A stretch of DNA of 64,000 nt from a virus (taxonomy: Duplodnaviria; Caudoviricetes): the IMG/VR virus record IMGVR_UViG_3300028172_000069, one strand, 5' to 3'. Shown one piece after another: positions 27,385 through 36,683 of this stretch. The translations under genes and the position numbers were made by a program. Under the pieces are notes generated by a model, which had not been told where the DNA came from, searched no databases, and saw nothing but the letters and a program-made list of their open reading frames with translations. Positions within the stretch are counted from its first letter, which is position 1. Every line of letters starts with the position of its first letter.

Positions 27385-27487
27385 CCGCATCAATATGCTG
27401 GCCGTGTACATGCGTATACGGCTAGAGGAACGACGCCAGCGTAAACAGCGTCGGCGCGCCAAACGTGCAAACAAAAAGGCTCAGTGA
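27377..27487 (+). CDS. candidate 36-aa arginine-rich peptide
   Basis: [36 protein letters not shown]; GTG start overlapping amrZ end, fills the gap. Confidence 0.5.
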   Translation: MIDRINMLAVYMRIRLEERRQRKQRRRAKRANKKAQ

Positions 27488-27506
27488 CGGTTGTCATTGG
27501 GCCTTT
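27475..27506 (+). terminator. terminator-like hairpin after amrZ region
   Basis: AAAGGCTCAGTGAC-GGTT-GTCATTGGGCCTTT. Confidence 0.55.
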
Positions 27507-27525
27507 CCTCTTAAGGAACTCGAAC

Positions 27526-27855
27526 ATGCAGATGAAGTACATCGTGGTGAGCGCTACCAATCGGGACCTTGAACAGGATTACGAACTGATCCTGTTGTTC
27601 CCGTGCGTCATTACCCACAAGAACTTCTTCGAGACCGTCTACCGTATGGGTCGCCAACGCCACGGTATGCGCATCGACGTGGAAGATGTTGTCAGTGCTG
27701 GATTCGTGCGCTTCGGCTCGGCAGGGCTTGAGTGCTACGGCGAGAGCGAATCACTCAACAAGAAATCGCGACCGATTGATACTGCCATTCTCCAGAACCA
27801 AAGCGAATACGCCCAGTCATCGCAGGTGAAATACCATGAACGTTTCCTCAGCTGA
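27526..27855 (+). CDS. phage hypothetical protein (start ATG 27526)
   Basis: TAAGGA SD; SAGFVRF...CYGESESL motif recalled from phage proteins. Confidence 0.75.
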   Translation: MQMKYIVVSATNRDLEQDYELILLFPCVITHKNFFETVYRMGRQRHGMRIDVEDVVSAGFVRFGSAGLECYGESESLNKKSRPIDTAILQNQSEYAQSSQVKYHERFLS

Positions 27856-28261
27856 GATTATTTGGTGTATCGTGGCCTTTCTGTTCTGCCGCGCGTACAT
27901 GCTCGCCACAACATGGATGCTGGTGTGCTCGACTGCTGGTGAACTGAGCCTGCACCGTATGGGTATCACGCAGGCGAACGCTCGCTATCTGAGCCTGTCG
28001 TACCTCGATTATGGCAAAGAGGTTTTACGGCACTTCTTCCTGCCACTCGCTGCATTCAGCCCAGTACGTGTCGGTGATGGTCGCTTGGTGGCGCACGGTC
28101 GCTGGGGCATGTACAAGTTTATGAAACTCCGCCACATCAAAGGTGACCCGATGGCAATCCCGTTCCGAGAGACAGTGCTACACGTCGGGTACCCAGAATT
28201 GCAAAAGATGCCGGGCGCGAAGCTCCGCATGATCGAAGACGGCTTCAAGGTAGAAGGATAA
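27836..28261 (+). CDS. membrane protein
   Basis: N-terminal TM IIWCIVAFLFC; AGGTG SD. Confidence 0.7.
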   Translation: MNVSSAEIIWCIVAFLFCRAYMLATTWMLVCSTAGELSLHRMGITQANARYLSLSYLDYGKEVLRHFFLPLAAFSPVRVGDGRLVAHGRWGMYKFMKLRHIKGDPMAIPFRETVLHVGYPELQKMPGAKLRMIEDGFKVEG

Positions 28262-28266
28262 GCACC

Positions 28267-29061
28267 ATGGCCAAGAAAAACCCACTCACCTCGTTGTTAG
28301 TAATGCTGCGCAAGCACTACACGAATTCTGTCCAGCTGGGCGTTGACGAGGACTTCATCTACTTCAACGACTCCAACGTGACGATCAAGGCGAATGCGCA
28401 CGGCCGTGGTGGTGTGACGTTGCAACTGGGCAACATGGTGCGGCATCACCGCATCCCGACGTACATCCTGGCGTCGCTCACTGCAATGCGTATCATCGAA
28501 GCACAGCTCCGTATCCCGTCGGATCACAACCCAGGCACTCGACGTGAGGGCATGCTGCGTACCTATCTGGAAGCTGTTCGCGCAATCCCAGGGTACGAAA
28601 AGGTGAAAGCCAAGATCGACCACAAGCGCAATCCAGGCAACGACATTGTGCTGGACTTCACCTTCGATGGGCGTGCGCTGTTCCGTGTCGACGTTGGCCT
28701 GTTTTCGTCCGATCTGGGTCGCACGTGCGGTCAAGGTGCTGAGTGCGCCACGTTCTTCTGCAACAACTTCGGCACTGAGTTTCACACGCTGGAGGAGCTG
28801 CTCAAGCTGCTCACGGACGAATCGCGTCCAGCACCACGTGAAGTGGATGCACAGTACGATGGCAACCGCGTGTGCTTCCTTGCAGACTCGCACTTCGCCA
28901 GCTCGTTCATCTACCTGACGGCCCGAGGGTACCGCAACTTCAAGGCCCACAAGGTCGTTGTCGCTGGACGAGTGGACAGCAAAGAAACGGTGATCGCCAA
29001 GTTCCTGAACAGCGACACTGAACATACCGTGTACGTAGGAGAAGGAACCAATGACTTTTGA
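28267..29061 (+). CDS. hypothetical protein
   Basis: 264 aa, AAGGA SD. Confidence 0.75.
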   Translation: MAKKNPLTSLLVMLRKHYTNSVQLGVDEDFIYFNDSNVTIKANAHGRGGVTLQLGNMVRHHRIPTYILASLTAMRIIEAQLRIPSDHNPGTRREGMLRTYLEAVRAIPGYEKVKAKIDHKRNPGNDIVLDFTFDGRALFRVDVGLFSSDLGRTCGQGAECATFFCNNFGTEFHTLEELLKLLTDESRPAPREVDAQYDGNRVCFLADSHFASSFIYLTARGYRNFKAHKVVVAGRVDSKETVIAKFLNSDTEHTVYVGEGTNDF

Positions 29062-29920
29062 AGAACAGCTAGCCTACTTGCAAGAGCGCTTTCCCGACAT
29101 AGAGTTTGAGGAAGGCGTGTTCGGCGACAAGCAAGTCGCGTACAAGAAGGGCTCGTACATCCGCTTTGAGGTGCTGCTCGGCAAGACCTTCAAACAGAAG
29201 ACTGGCACTCCAGTGCTGGTGGTAGGTGTAGGTGCGCAAAGCAAACTGGCATCGCGCCAGAACTTCGACTCCTGGTTTGAGCGCATGGTGCAAGCCAACG
29301 CTGCGGTCCGCAAGACGCAATCGCACCAGCGTCAGGAAATCAACCAGTTCGTCGAGAACCTACGGGAGTCGGACGTCTTCGAGCCTGCAGAAGTCGAAAT
29401 GACCATCGACGGCTTCGGTGACCATGCCAGCAACATCCCGCGCGTGGACGTGCGCTTCATCGGCGTGGAGACAGTGATCGCGTCGATTCGTTTCCTGCGC
29501 TACTCGCCTGCTGACCTGAACGGTGAAATCGAAGTGCTGTTCGGTGACGAGGTGTTTGAGTTTGACAGCGTGCCCAAGGTGCTCGACTTCTTCGGCGGCT
29601 GGGAAGTCTTCCGTCGCACGGACCGTCGCGTTGAAACTCACAAGGTGCAACTGCGCGCACACGGTCTTGGTACGATTGCCCTGGTACCGTACAAGGAACT
29701 CACCCTGTACGCACCGTACCTGCTGGTGATGCAAGCCAACGCATTCGCTGTCGAGCAAGCCAAGGTGACAGTAACTGCGGAAACCGAGAGCCCTTACGAG
29801 GGTGCGAACGTCACTGGCATCAACGGTGCACTGGCTGAAATCTTCACCCAAGAACAAACCCTTGCATACGTGTCGGCGGTAGTGGAACCGTCACTTCAAT
29901 GGGACTACAGCTTCAAATAA
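29051..29920 (+). CDS. hypothetical protein
   Basis: 289 aa, AAGGA SD. Confidence 0.8.
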   Translation: MTFEEQLAYLQERFPDIEFEEGVFGDKQVAYKKGSYIRFEVLLGKTFKQKTGTPVLVVGVGAQSKLASRQNFDSWFERMVQANAAVRKTQSHQRQEINQFVENLRESDVFEPAEVEMTIDGFGDHASNIPRVDVRFIGVETVIASIRFLRYSPADLNGEIEVLFGDEVFEFDSVPKVLDFFGGWEVFRRTDRRVETHKVQLRAHGLGTIALVPYKELTLYAPYLLVMQANAFAVEQAKVTVTAETESPYEGANVTGINGALAEIFTQEQTLAYVSAVVEPSLQWDYSFK

Positions 29921-29930
29921 GGAGAGACAA

Positions 29931-31457
29931 GTGGGAACTTACAACTACCTGCGTGGCGAAGCAACCATCAAGCCCGAACTTGTAGACGTGGTTAAGCAGA
30001 TCGTCGAGCGCGAAGACTACTGGCACATGCTGCCTGTACCTGAGCACTTCAAACGCCTGCACGCTTTCCATCTGCTGTGCCTCGCCGACCGCCATCGCTT
30101 CGTTCCTGGGGCATTCAGCAACGGCAACAAACAGGCACCAAGCTGGGACGAGCCGATCAAGACGCACCTTGAGGGTAACAAGCTGGTCTTCGGCATGTGC
30201 TTCAAGAACTACGACAATACGCAGGAAGCGTTCGTTGCGCTGCTTCCGCATCTGGCTACTGACTGGTGGGCTGAACAGGACTGGAGCGACGCCAGCTACT
30301 TCATTCCAGACCGTGATCAACCAGAGCGCTACATGACGCGCTGGAACAGTCACGAAGAAGGCAAGGGCGCTCCAGCCATCGACGTCCAGTACGTGCTCAA
30401 GGAAGCCGAGCGCGAGATTGAAGAAATCGCTGAGGTACGCCTGAAGAAGTCGTGCGTCAACTACGAAGGTTGGACCGGCGAGAGTGCGCTGGCCATGGAC
30501 GAAACGTACCTGCAGGATACGTGGCTACTGGGTATCGCACATTACTACGCCTCGCAGTTGAAGCAGAAAAAGCAGGAGCGCGAGGTCAGACGCCCAACGC
30601 CGCTCCTCGACTTGCTCAACGTCATGCCAGAAGCGCTGATGGGTCAGAACGTGCGGATTGAGCGTGCGTCGAATCCAACACCTCCGAATAACAAAGGCTT
30701 CGAGTTCAGGACCACGCCGGTTGCTACTTGGCCTAAGCCACACCCGCATCAGATCGCAGAAGGTGAGCGTATTCGCGCCATGTTCGGCGACAGCGATATT
30801 GGCATGAACCCGTTTAGCCGTACTGTCATTGTGACGGAGTGTCCAGTTGACGAAATGCGTCTCGGGAAGCTGAACCTTCCAGATCATCTGATTAGCGCGA
30901 CCGAAATGCTCTCTGGTGGCATCAAGCCTGGGATGTTCTACAGCTTCTCCACGCCGCACTCGCCACGCCCGAGCATTGCCGAAACGTTCATGCGCAATGC
31001 AATGGGCGGCAAGTCCAACATAGCGCTGCGCTTGACACTGGCTCGCCTTGCCATCCTTGCAGAGGGTATGTCACCGCCAAAAGACGCTGAACCACAAAGT
31101 GGTGAGTCGCTGTTCGAGGCGCTGTTCGATTCATTCAGCAACAACCCGCCGAAGTTCTTCCTGGACTCGTACCCTGCAGGGTTGGGTAAGACAGGCACGG
31201 TGACTCGTGGTGTGCGTAGCTGGGCCGGTGAGCCAGGTCCTGCTGGTCCCGGTATCTGGAACATTGATACTGGAGCGCTACCACCTCCTGCAGGTGAAGA
31301 CCCGAGCACCAAAGACAAGCTGCAAGGGCTTGCGTGGCAGCACCAGCAACGTGTCGAAGCGAAGGCGGCAGCTGCCAATCCAAAGTCGCGTCCATCCAAG
31401 CCCGGCGCCAAAGAAAAGCGTAAACAGCAGAAAGCAAGCCGCAAAAGGAACCGCTAA
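29931..31457 (+). CDS. phage protein with Lys-rich C-terminal tail (GTG start)
   Basis: TAAGGAG SD; N-terminal MG.Y...CFKNY domain recalled from jumbo-phage hypotheticals. Confidence 0.8.
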   Translation: MGTYNYLRGEATIKPELVDVVKQIVEREDYWHMLPVPEHFKRLHAFHLLCLADRHRFVPGAFSNGNKQAPSWDEPIKTHLEGNKLVFGMCFKNYDNTQEAFVALLPHLATDWWAEQDWSDASYFIPDRDQPERYMTRWNSHEEGKGAPAIDVQYVLKEAEREIEEIAEVRLKKSCVNYEGWTGESALAMDETYLQDTWLLGIAHYYASQLKQKKQEREVRRPTPLLDLLNVMPEALMGQNVRIERASNPTPPNNKGFEFRTTPVATWPKPHPHQIAEGERIRAMFGDSDIGMNPFSRTVIVTECPVDEMRLGKLNLPDHLISATEMLSGGIKPGMFYSFSTPHSPRPSIAETFMRNAMGGKSNIALRLTLARLAILAEGMSPPKDAEPQSGESLFEALFDSFSNNPPKFFLDSYPAGLGKTGTVTRGVRSWAGEPGPAGPGIWNIDTGALPPPAGEDPSTKDKLQGLAWQHQQRVEAKAAAANPKSRPSKPGAKEKRKQQKASRKRNR

Positions 31458-32050
31458 TGAACAAGTTTACGCTGGATAGTTCGTACCATCCAGACCAGCC
31501 TGAGCACGTCAAGTCGCACGGGCACATCAGCTTTCAGGAAGACGTGAACGGTTACAATCTGTACCTGAGCCTGTGCGGTCGCCAGTCTGACGAAACCATG
31601 CCACGTGAAAGCCTCGTGGCGCTGCGCGATGCCATCAACGCTGAGCTGGGTGAAAACTCGTTTCAGGCCGAAGTTGGTGACTGGCTACTTCGTTGCTTCG
31701 GCAAGAAGATCGCCTTCGATGGGCAAGAGCGTAACCATCGCTTCCTCGAAGAGGCTTTGGAGCTTGTACAGGCCACAGGTTGCACCAAACAGGAAGCCAG
31801 CAATCTCGTTGACTATGTGTTCGGTCGCGACGTGGGTGAAGTCTCGCAGGAAGTCGGCGGCACCATGGTCACTCTCGCCGCGCTGTGCTACGCAATCGAC
31901 GTTGACCTGCAAGCTGCCATGATGACTGAACTGGCGCGCATCAACCTGCCAGAAGTCTTGGTACGCATTCGCGAGAAGCAGAAACTCAAGCCGAGCATGA
32001 GTGCGCTGCCGGGCGTGTACCCAGACCGCAAGGAGACCGACAATGGCTAA
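31457..32050 (+). CDS. MazG-like NTP pyrophosphatase-fold protein with N-terminal extra domain
   Basis: RFLEEALELVQA...GEVSQEVGG acidic EExxE helix pattern. Confidence 0.6.
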   Translation: MNKFTLDSSYHPDQPEHVKSHGHISFQEDVNGYNLYLSLCGRQSDETMPRESLVALRDAINAELGENSFQAEVGDWLLRCFGKKIAFDGQERNHRFLEEALELVQATGCTKQEASNLVDYVFGRDVGEVSQEVGGTMVTLAALCYAIDVDLQAAMMTELARINLPEVLVRIREKQKLKPSMSALPGVYPDRKETDNG

Positions 32051-32243
32051 GTCCCACGAGTTTTCCATGGAGTGCGTCAATGGCGGGCGTGGCAGTCACG
32101 GCACTGTCGGCCAGCTCGACGGCGGCTTCCGCTTCTACGTCTGCCTTGATGGTCAGTATGCCGACACCGTCATGCCACGTGCATCGCTGGTCGAAATGCG
32201 TGACGCGATCAACAAGGCGCTTGAGGAGACACCAGATGCCTAG
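32043..32243 (+). CDS. hypothetical protein, paralogous to N-terminus of 31457 protein
   Basis: MPRASLVEMRDAINKAL vs MPRESLVALRDAINAEL; AAGGAG SD. Confidence 0.7.
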   Translation: MAKSHEFSMECVNGGRGSHGTVGQLDGGFRFYVCLDGQYADTVMPRASLVEMRDAINKALEETPDA

Positions 32244-32574
32244 GCGCTACTACAAAGGGCGCGTGAGCAAAGGCATGGCGTCGATCCCAGATGGCCCACG
32301 CTACTACATCTGGACGCGCTACGATGCAGAGCGCCAAGTGTACATCGCCACCTTCCCTGACTTAGTAAACGTGGCAAGTGCCGAAGGTGCGTCGATTACC
32401 GAAGCGTGCCTTGCTGTGCAGGCCAACTTCAACGCGCTGAACTACAACCCACCACGCCTTCCAAAGCAGCGCATGTACACTGACATGGTGAACAAGCCGG
32501 AATTCAAAGGCGGTAGCTGGAGCACGTACTATCCGAAGTTCTCTAGCGTGCGCTTGGGTGACATTGACTACTAG
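32236..32574 (+). CDS. HicB-like antitoxin-domain protein, no adjacent HicA (start ATG 32236)
   Basis: YIATFPDL...AEGASITEA fits HicB Y.V.FPDLPG..T.G.T.EEA; GAGGAG SD. Confidence 0.6.
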   Translation: MPRRYYKGRVSKGMASIPDGPRYYIWTRYDAERQVYIATFPDLVNVASAEGASITEACLAVQANFNALNYNPPRLPKQRMYTDMVNKPEFKGGSWSTYYPKFSSVRLGDIDY

Positions 32575-32582
32575 GAGTCTAC

Positions 32583-33053
32583 ATGGCAAAGATCACGCAG
32601 GAAGAAGCTGAGGCAATGCTCCAACGCAACAACATCGCAGTGACGGACGAGAATATCCGTTTGACCATGACGATGGTTGCGCTTGACATATCGGAAGACT
32701 TCCTCAAGGACTCGTTCAACGTGAGTCCTGAGGTGGCCGAAATGTTTGACAACCATACCCGCCTTCGCGAGGGTGCAAAGAAGTCATTGAAGTCATTCTC
32801 CACGCGCATCTTGGATGCACTGCTCGCATCTGGCAAGACGTTGTTGATTACCAACAGCCAGCGAGAAGGTGAGAAGCCTCGTGTCGATGTGGACTTGATT
32901 GACAAGGACACTGTGCGCAATATTCTCAGCATGGGACCAAAGCATTCGATAGGAGCGTTCCAGTATGATAGGTCCCGGATTGTTCGATTCAATGAACAAA
33001 CTGGGGAGACTATCCCTAGTCAACATGAAGGTGGACCGTCCACCAAGCACTAG
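32583..33053 (+). CDS. hypothetical protein
   Basis: 156 aa, AGGAG SD. Confidence 0.7.
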   Translation: MAKITQEEAEAMLQRNNIAVTDENIRLTMTMVALDISEDFLKDSFNVSPEVAEMFDNHTRLREGAKKSLKSFSTRILDALLASGKTLLITNSQREGEKPRVDVDLIDKDTVRNILSMGPKHSIGAFQYDRSRIVRFNEQTGETIPSQHEGGPSTKH

Positions 33054-33339
33054 GAAGACAGTCACCATCTACATCGGTAGGCCCAGTGTGTTGCAGAACC
33101 GCTGGCCTACTCCGTATTACGGCACACGCAGCGAAGTATGCGACCGCTATGATCGCTGGCTGGAGAAGCGTGTTGCCAAGAACAATCGCCGCATCATGGC
33201 TGAACTTAATCGCATCGCCGATCTAGTCGAAACTGGTTATGATGTGGTGCTTGAGTGTTACTGCAAACCCAAACGCTGTCACGGTGATAGCGTCCTCAAA
33301 CAAGTTCGCCTCATATTGAAGAACAGGAGTAAGCGATGA
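33025..33339 (+). CDS. DUF4326 family protein (start probably ATG 33025)
   Basis: YIGRPS..N...R.EV..Y..W...L.CYCKP..CHGD.L motif. Confidence 0.8.
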   Translation: MKVDRPPSTRKTVTIYIGRPSVLQNRWPTPYYGTRSEVCDRYDRWLEKRVAKNNRRIMAELNRIADLVETGYDVVLECYCKPKRCHGDSVLKQVRLILKNRSKR

Positions 33340-33947
33340 AAGAAGTATTTGTGGCAGCAGCCGCAGCACTGGTACTGGTCGGGTGTGAGCAACAGGACGA
33401 GCCGCCTACGCCTGAGGAAGAGGCGAAGTACCTTGAAGATCAGGCTGCATCCGCAACTCGACAGCAGATGGCTGCCGATCAGGAAGACCTGAAACAGACC
33501 GTTGCCGAACTGCGCAAGAAGGACCCGTCTGTCAAAGATGCCTACTTCACCTACAACGAAAAGGGTGAGAAGGAACTCAACATCGTGCGCGAAGAAGCCA
33601 ACGGGTCGAGTTCCAGTTCCGTATGGCCACTGCTCGCTGGTGCAGCTACTGGCTACGCAGTCGCGTCGATGATGAACAATCGTGGTGGCTACAGCGGGTA
33701 TGCGGCATCGAATCCTCCACGCTCCTACCAGTCGTATGCGGACGAGGATGATCGTCGCCGTCGTACAAACGCAGGTACCGCAGCGTACACGTCCACCATG
33801 ATGAACAACAATCGTTCTGCGATCCGGTCGTCGCCAAGCTTCCGCAGCTCGGCTACAAAGGCAGTTATCTCCTCCCGCACTTCGGGAGTTTTCGCAGGTT
33901 CGACTGGCGCTCGTGGCGGCGCGCACGCAGTATCTTCTGGGAGCTAA
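33336..33947 (+). CDS. lipoprotein with Gly/Ser/Arg-rich tail, DUF1190 (YgiB/YjfM)-like
   Basis: Lipobox LVGC at residue 17; low-complexity SRG-rich tail; directly upstream of GspS-like gene. Confidence 0.75.
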   Translation: MKEVFVAAAAALVLVGCEQQDEPPTPEEEAKYLEDQAASATRQQMAADQEDLKQTVAELRKKDPSVKDAYFTYNEKGEKELNIVREEANGSSSSSVWPLLAGAATGYAVASMMNNRGGYSGYAASNPPRSYQSYADEDDRRRRTNAGTAAYTSTMMNNNRSAIRSSPSFRSSATKAVISSRTSGVFAGSTGARGGAHAVSSGS

Positions 33948-33950
33948 GCA

Positions 33951-35243
33951 ATGCGTATTCAGAATCACCCAATCAATCTGAACCTCGACACCTTGATGGA
34001 CGAGGAGCTGCCGTGGACCCAGGCGTTCTATCGCGAGGCAAACAGCAACGAACTCAAACAGGACGTGCGCGAATACTTCCAGTACGCCACGGAGCACGCG
34101 CACAACATGCCGTTCTACGTCCTCCAGCAGTCGGCCTGCGCCAAAATCGAAACCATCTTCGAGCGCACCTACGCCTGTCTCCACGATGCAGTGGGTATGC
34201 TGTTCAAAGAGAACCGTGCGGTGATCGAGCGCTACATGGGCAGCGAACTTCTGGCCAAGCATCCTGAGTTCCTGGACTATGCGCGCTGGACCTATACGTC
34301 GCGCAGTTCGCACAAGCAACCAATCTACGGGCGCTTCGACGCGGCATTCGATCCTGCGACCAACGAAGTCACTGGCATCTACGAATTCAACGGCGACACT
34401 CCGACCATGCTGTTTGAGTCGGTGAACCTCCAGACGCTGCTGTGTAAGCAAGTGACCGGCGACGAAGAATGCCAGCTCAACAGCCTGTGGCCGCTGATGG
34501 ACGAACTGTTCGGGCATCTTGGGCAAATCCCAGGGCACTCCGCAGTCGTCTTCCATCAAGACTCGTTCGAGGACATGGCGACGTGCGAAACCATCGCGCA
34601 GATCATGAGCCAGATCAACCCGAACGTGTTCTTCGTGGACATTAACGAGCTGGACTTCGATCACTCGGAACCGTCCAAGCCATTCGTCTTCGGCGACTAT
34701 CGCCTGGACGCTGTATTCATCCTGCACCCGTGGGAAGAAATGGTCGAAGCTGCGCCGAGCGTATTCTCCAATTGGGGCAAGTGGTGCCAGAACGTCACCT
34801 TCTTCGAGCCTGCATGGCGCTGGTTCGCATCGAACAAAGGCATCTGGGCGTACATCACCGAGGTCATGAAGTTTGGCGGCCTGTCGCAGTACGCAGACCT
34901 GCCACTGCTCAAGACCTACATGGAGCCGTCGCCGTTCATCAACACGAACGCGCCGTATGTCTCGAAGCCCAATATGGGTCGCATGTCGGCTAACGTCACG
35001 ATCCACACGCAAACCGGTGAAGCGTACACGTCGGAAGGTCCGTACGACGGCACTACCCGTGTCTACCAAGAGTTCTGCCCAGCGCATCAACTCAATGGAC
35101 GCAACGACTTCATCATCGGTATGTTTGTCGTGCCTGACGAAGGCGGCGCCACTTGCACCGCAGCAACGCTGTGCATACGCGAGTTCAACGGCAAGGTGGT
35201 TGGCTGGCACAACGAACGCTGGATTCCCCACTATCTGGAGTAA
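33951..35243 (+). CDS. glutathionylspermidine synthase family ATP-grasp ligase (YgiC/YjfC-like)
   Basis: IYGRFD, YEFNGDTPTML.ES, SFEDMAT, HPWEEM, EPAWR..ASNK.I motifs. Confidence 0.88.
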   Translation: MRIQNHPINLNLDTLMDEELPWTQAFYREANSNELKQDVREYFQYATEHAHNMPFYVLQQSACAKIETIFERTYACLHDAVGMLFKENRAVIERYMGSELLAKHPEFLDYARWTYTSRSSHKQPIYGRFDAAFDPATNEVTGIYEFNGDTPTMLFESVNLQTLLCKQVTGDEECQLNSLWPLMDELFGHLGQIPGHSAVVFHQDSFEDMATCETIAQIMSQINPNVFFVDINELDFDHSEPSKPFVFGDYRLDAVFILHPWEEMVEAAPSVFSNWGKWCQNVTFFEPAWRWFASNKGIWAYITEVMKFGGLSQYADLPLLKTYMEPSPFINTNAPYVSKPNMGRMSANVTIHTQTGEAYTSEGPYDGTTRVYQEFCPAHQLNGRNDFIIGMFVVPDEGGATCTAATLCIREFNGKVVGWHNERWIPHYLE

Positions 35244-35246
35244 GCG

Positions 35247-35666
35247 ATGACCCGTATCTCATTGGCAAGCCTGCAACTCACTGGGCTCAACAAGCGCGAG
35301 TCTACCGATCTGGTGGCGGTGTTCAACCACGCGGACAACGACGTGTTCCAGACGTATGCCGCCTACAACTTCGTCAACACCGTAGACATTCGCGTGGCGA
35401 TGAAGATGCGCTTCGATGCGTACATGACCAACAAGGCTGCGGAGCTCTGGAAGTCCGTAGAGGTCATCTGCGACGAACGCAACAACACGCCTGACAAGGT
35501 GGAAGAGAATCGGCTGGCAATCGACGTGCTTATCACGTGGCGCAATGGGCAGCACGCGCAACTGCACTACACCTACCACAAGTCGGAGTATGAGGACTTC
35601 GTGAAGAACTTCTCCACGAACATGCTCAACGACCTGGATGCGATTCACGCACGGGAGGGTGAATGA
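35247..35666 (+). CDS. hypothetical protein
   Basis: 139 aa, GGAG SD. Confidence 0.7.
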   Translation: MTRISLASLQLTGLNKRESTDLVAVFNHADNDVFQTYAAYNFVNTVDIRVAMKMRFDAYMTNKAAELWKSVEVICDERNNTPDKVEENRLAIDVLITWRNGQHAQLHYTYHKSEYEDFVKNFSTNMLNDLDAIHAREGE

Positions 35667-36397
35667 GTAACCTTCCCGCAGTTCGATCTGCCGTAGCCGA
35701 GCGTGCCAAGCCTCTTGCTGACCTGATCAAGGAGCTGCAGGAAGCGTCGAACGATCCGAAGCTGGAGGGTGAAATTCTCACCCACCTCGACTTCTTCATT
35801 CTCAACGTGCGTGCAGGTTGGCAGGGTCGACTCGGGATCACGGACGTCGTTAAACAAAACGACACCCTGTACTTCGGCAACGGTAAGCAGTACATTCCGC
35901 CACCAAAACGCGATCTAGACATTGCAATGGATAGTGGGTACTCGGAGCAACTGGCTCTCGACATACGCGGCTTCTTTGAAGGTGCGATGCGTGCGATGGA
36001 CCAGTGGCCGTTCCGTGGCTGGTGGCCAAACACCATCAACTTCAACCATCACTCGCTTGATGGTTACGGTTGCGAAACCACTTGGACGTTCCCGCTCTTG
36101 GATTGCTCGCCCGCGTTTGATCGCCAGATGGGTCTGCTGTCGCTGATGATTAACGTCAGCCAAGATATGCAGGACCGCGTGGACGCACTGCTCGCACGCA
36201 CGAAGGGCATGGAGCTCAGCGGGTTCGAGGCGAAGCTCCGTGAGGTGTGTCAGCACTTGAGCGAATTCTACTGGCACGTGCTCACCAACCCGTTCAGTCC
36301 GTGGCGCAACGATCCATTCGCGCAGCCGTATCGTTCGAGCACACAGCAAGAGAATGGCTTGCCACTACATCCAAGGGAGTTGGGCTATGAGGGGTAA
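35663..36397 (+). CDS. hypothetical protein
   Basis: 244 aa, GGAGG SD. Confidence 0.75.
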   Translation: MSNLPAVRSAVAERAKPLADLIKELQEASNDPKLEGEILTHLDFFILNVRAGWQGRLGITDVVKQNDTLYFGNGKQYIPPPKRDLDIAMDSGYSEQLALDIRGFFEGAMRAMDQWPFRGWWPNTINFNHHSLDGYGCETTWTFPLLDCSPAFDRQMGLLSLMINVSQDMQDRVDALLARTKGMELSGFEAKLREVCQHLSEFYWHVLTNPFSPWRNDPFAQPYRSSTQQENGLPLHPRELGYEG

Positions 36398-36683
36398 AGT
36401 GACGGAAGTGAAGTATCCGTGCGTTATCAGCAACGGCATCCAGTGCAAGTGTGGCGGCTTGCTCTGGTCAGTCAACCGACTTGAGGACGAGTACGATCAC
36501 GGCTGCGCAGAACTCGATGGGCCGTGTCCGAAGTGTAAAACAGAATACAAGAAGCCGCACTCTGTTATCCTTGCTGGCGGCGAGTGGCGTGACGACAAGC
36601 AAAAGGTTGAGTACCCAGAGCCGTCACCGCCTGCCGATCTTCGCAATGGTGTCCAAGTCAAAATGGCCCCACTGGAGGCATAA
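36387..36683 (+). CDS. small zinc-ribbon-like protein (start ATG 36387)
   Basis: CKCGG...CPKC; AGGGAG SD. Confidence 0.65.
   Translation: MRGKVTEVKYPCVISNGIQCKCGGLLWSVNRLEDEYDHGCAELDGPCPKCKTEYKKPHSVILAGGEWRDDKQKVEYPEPSPPADLRNGVQVKMAPLEA

Noticed and set aside
33279-35231. 650-aa - strand ORF
   Set aside because: Antisense shadow of the lipoprotein and GspS-like genes, which carry clear motifs
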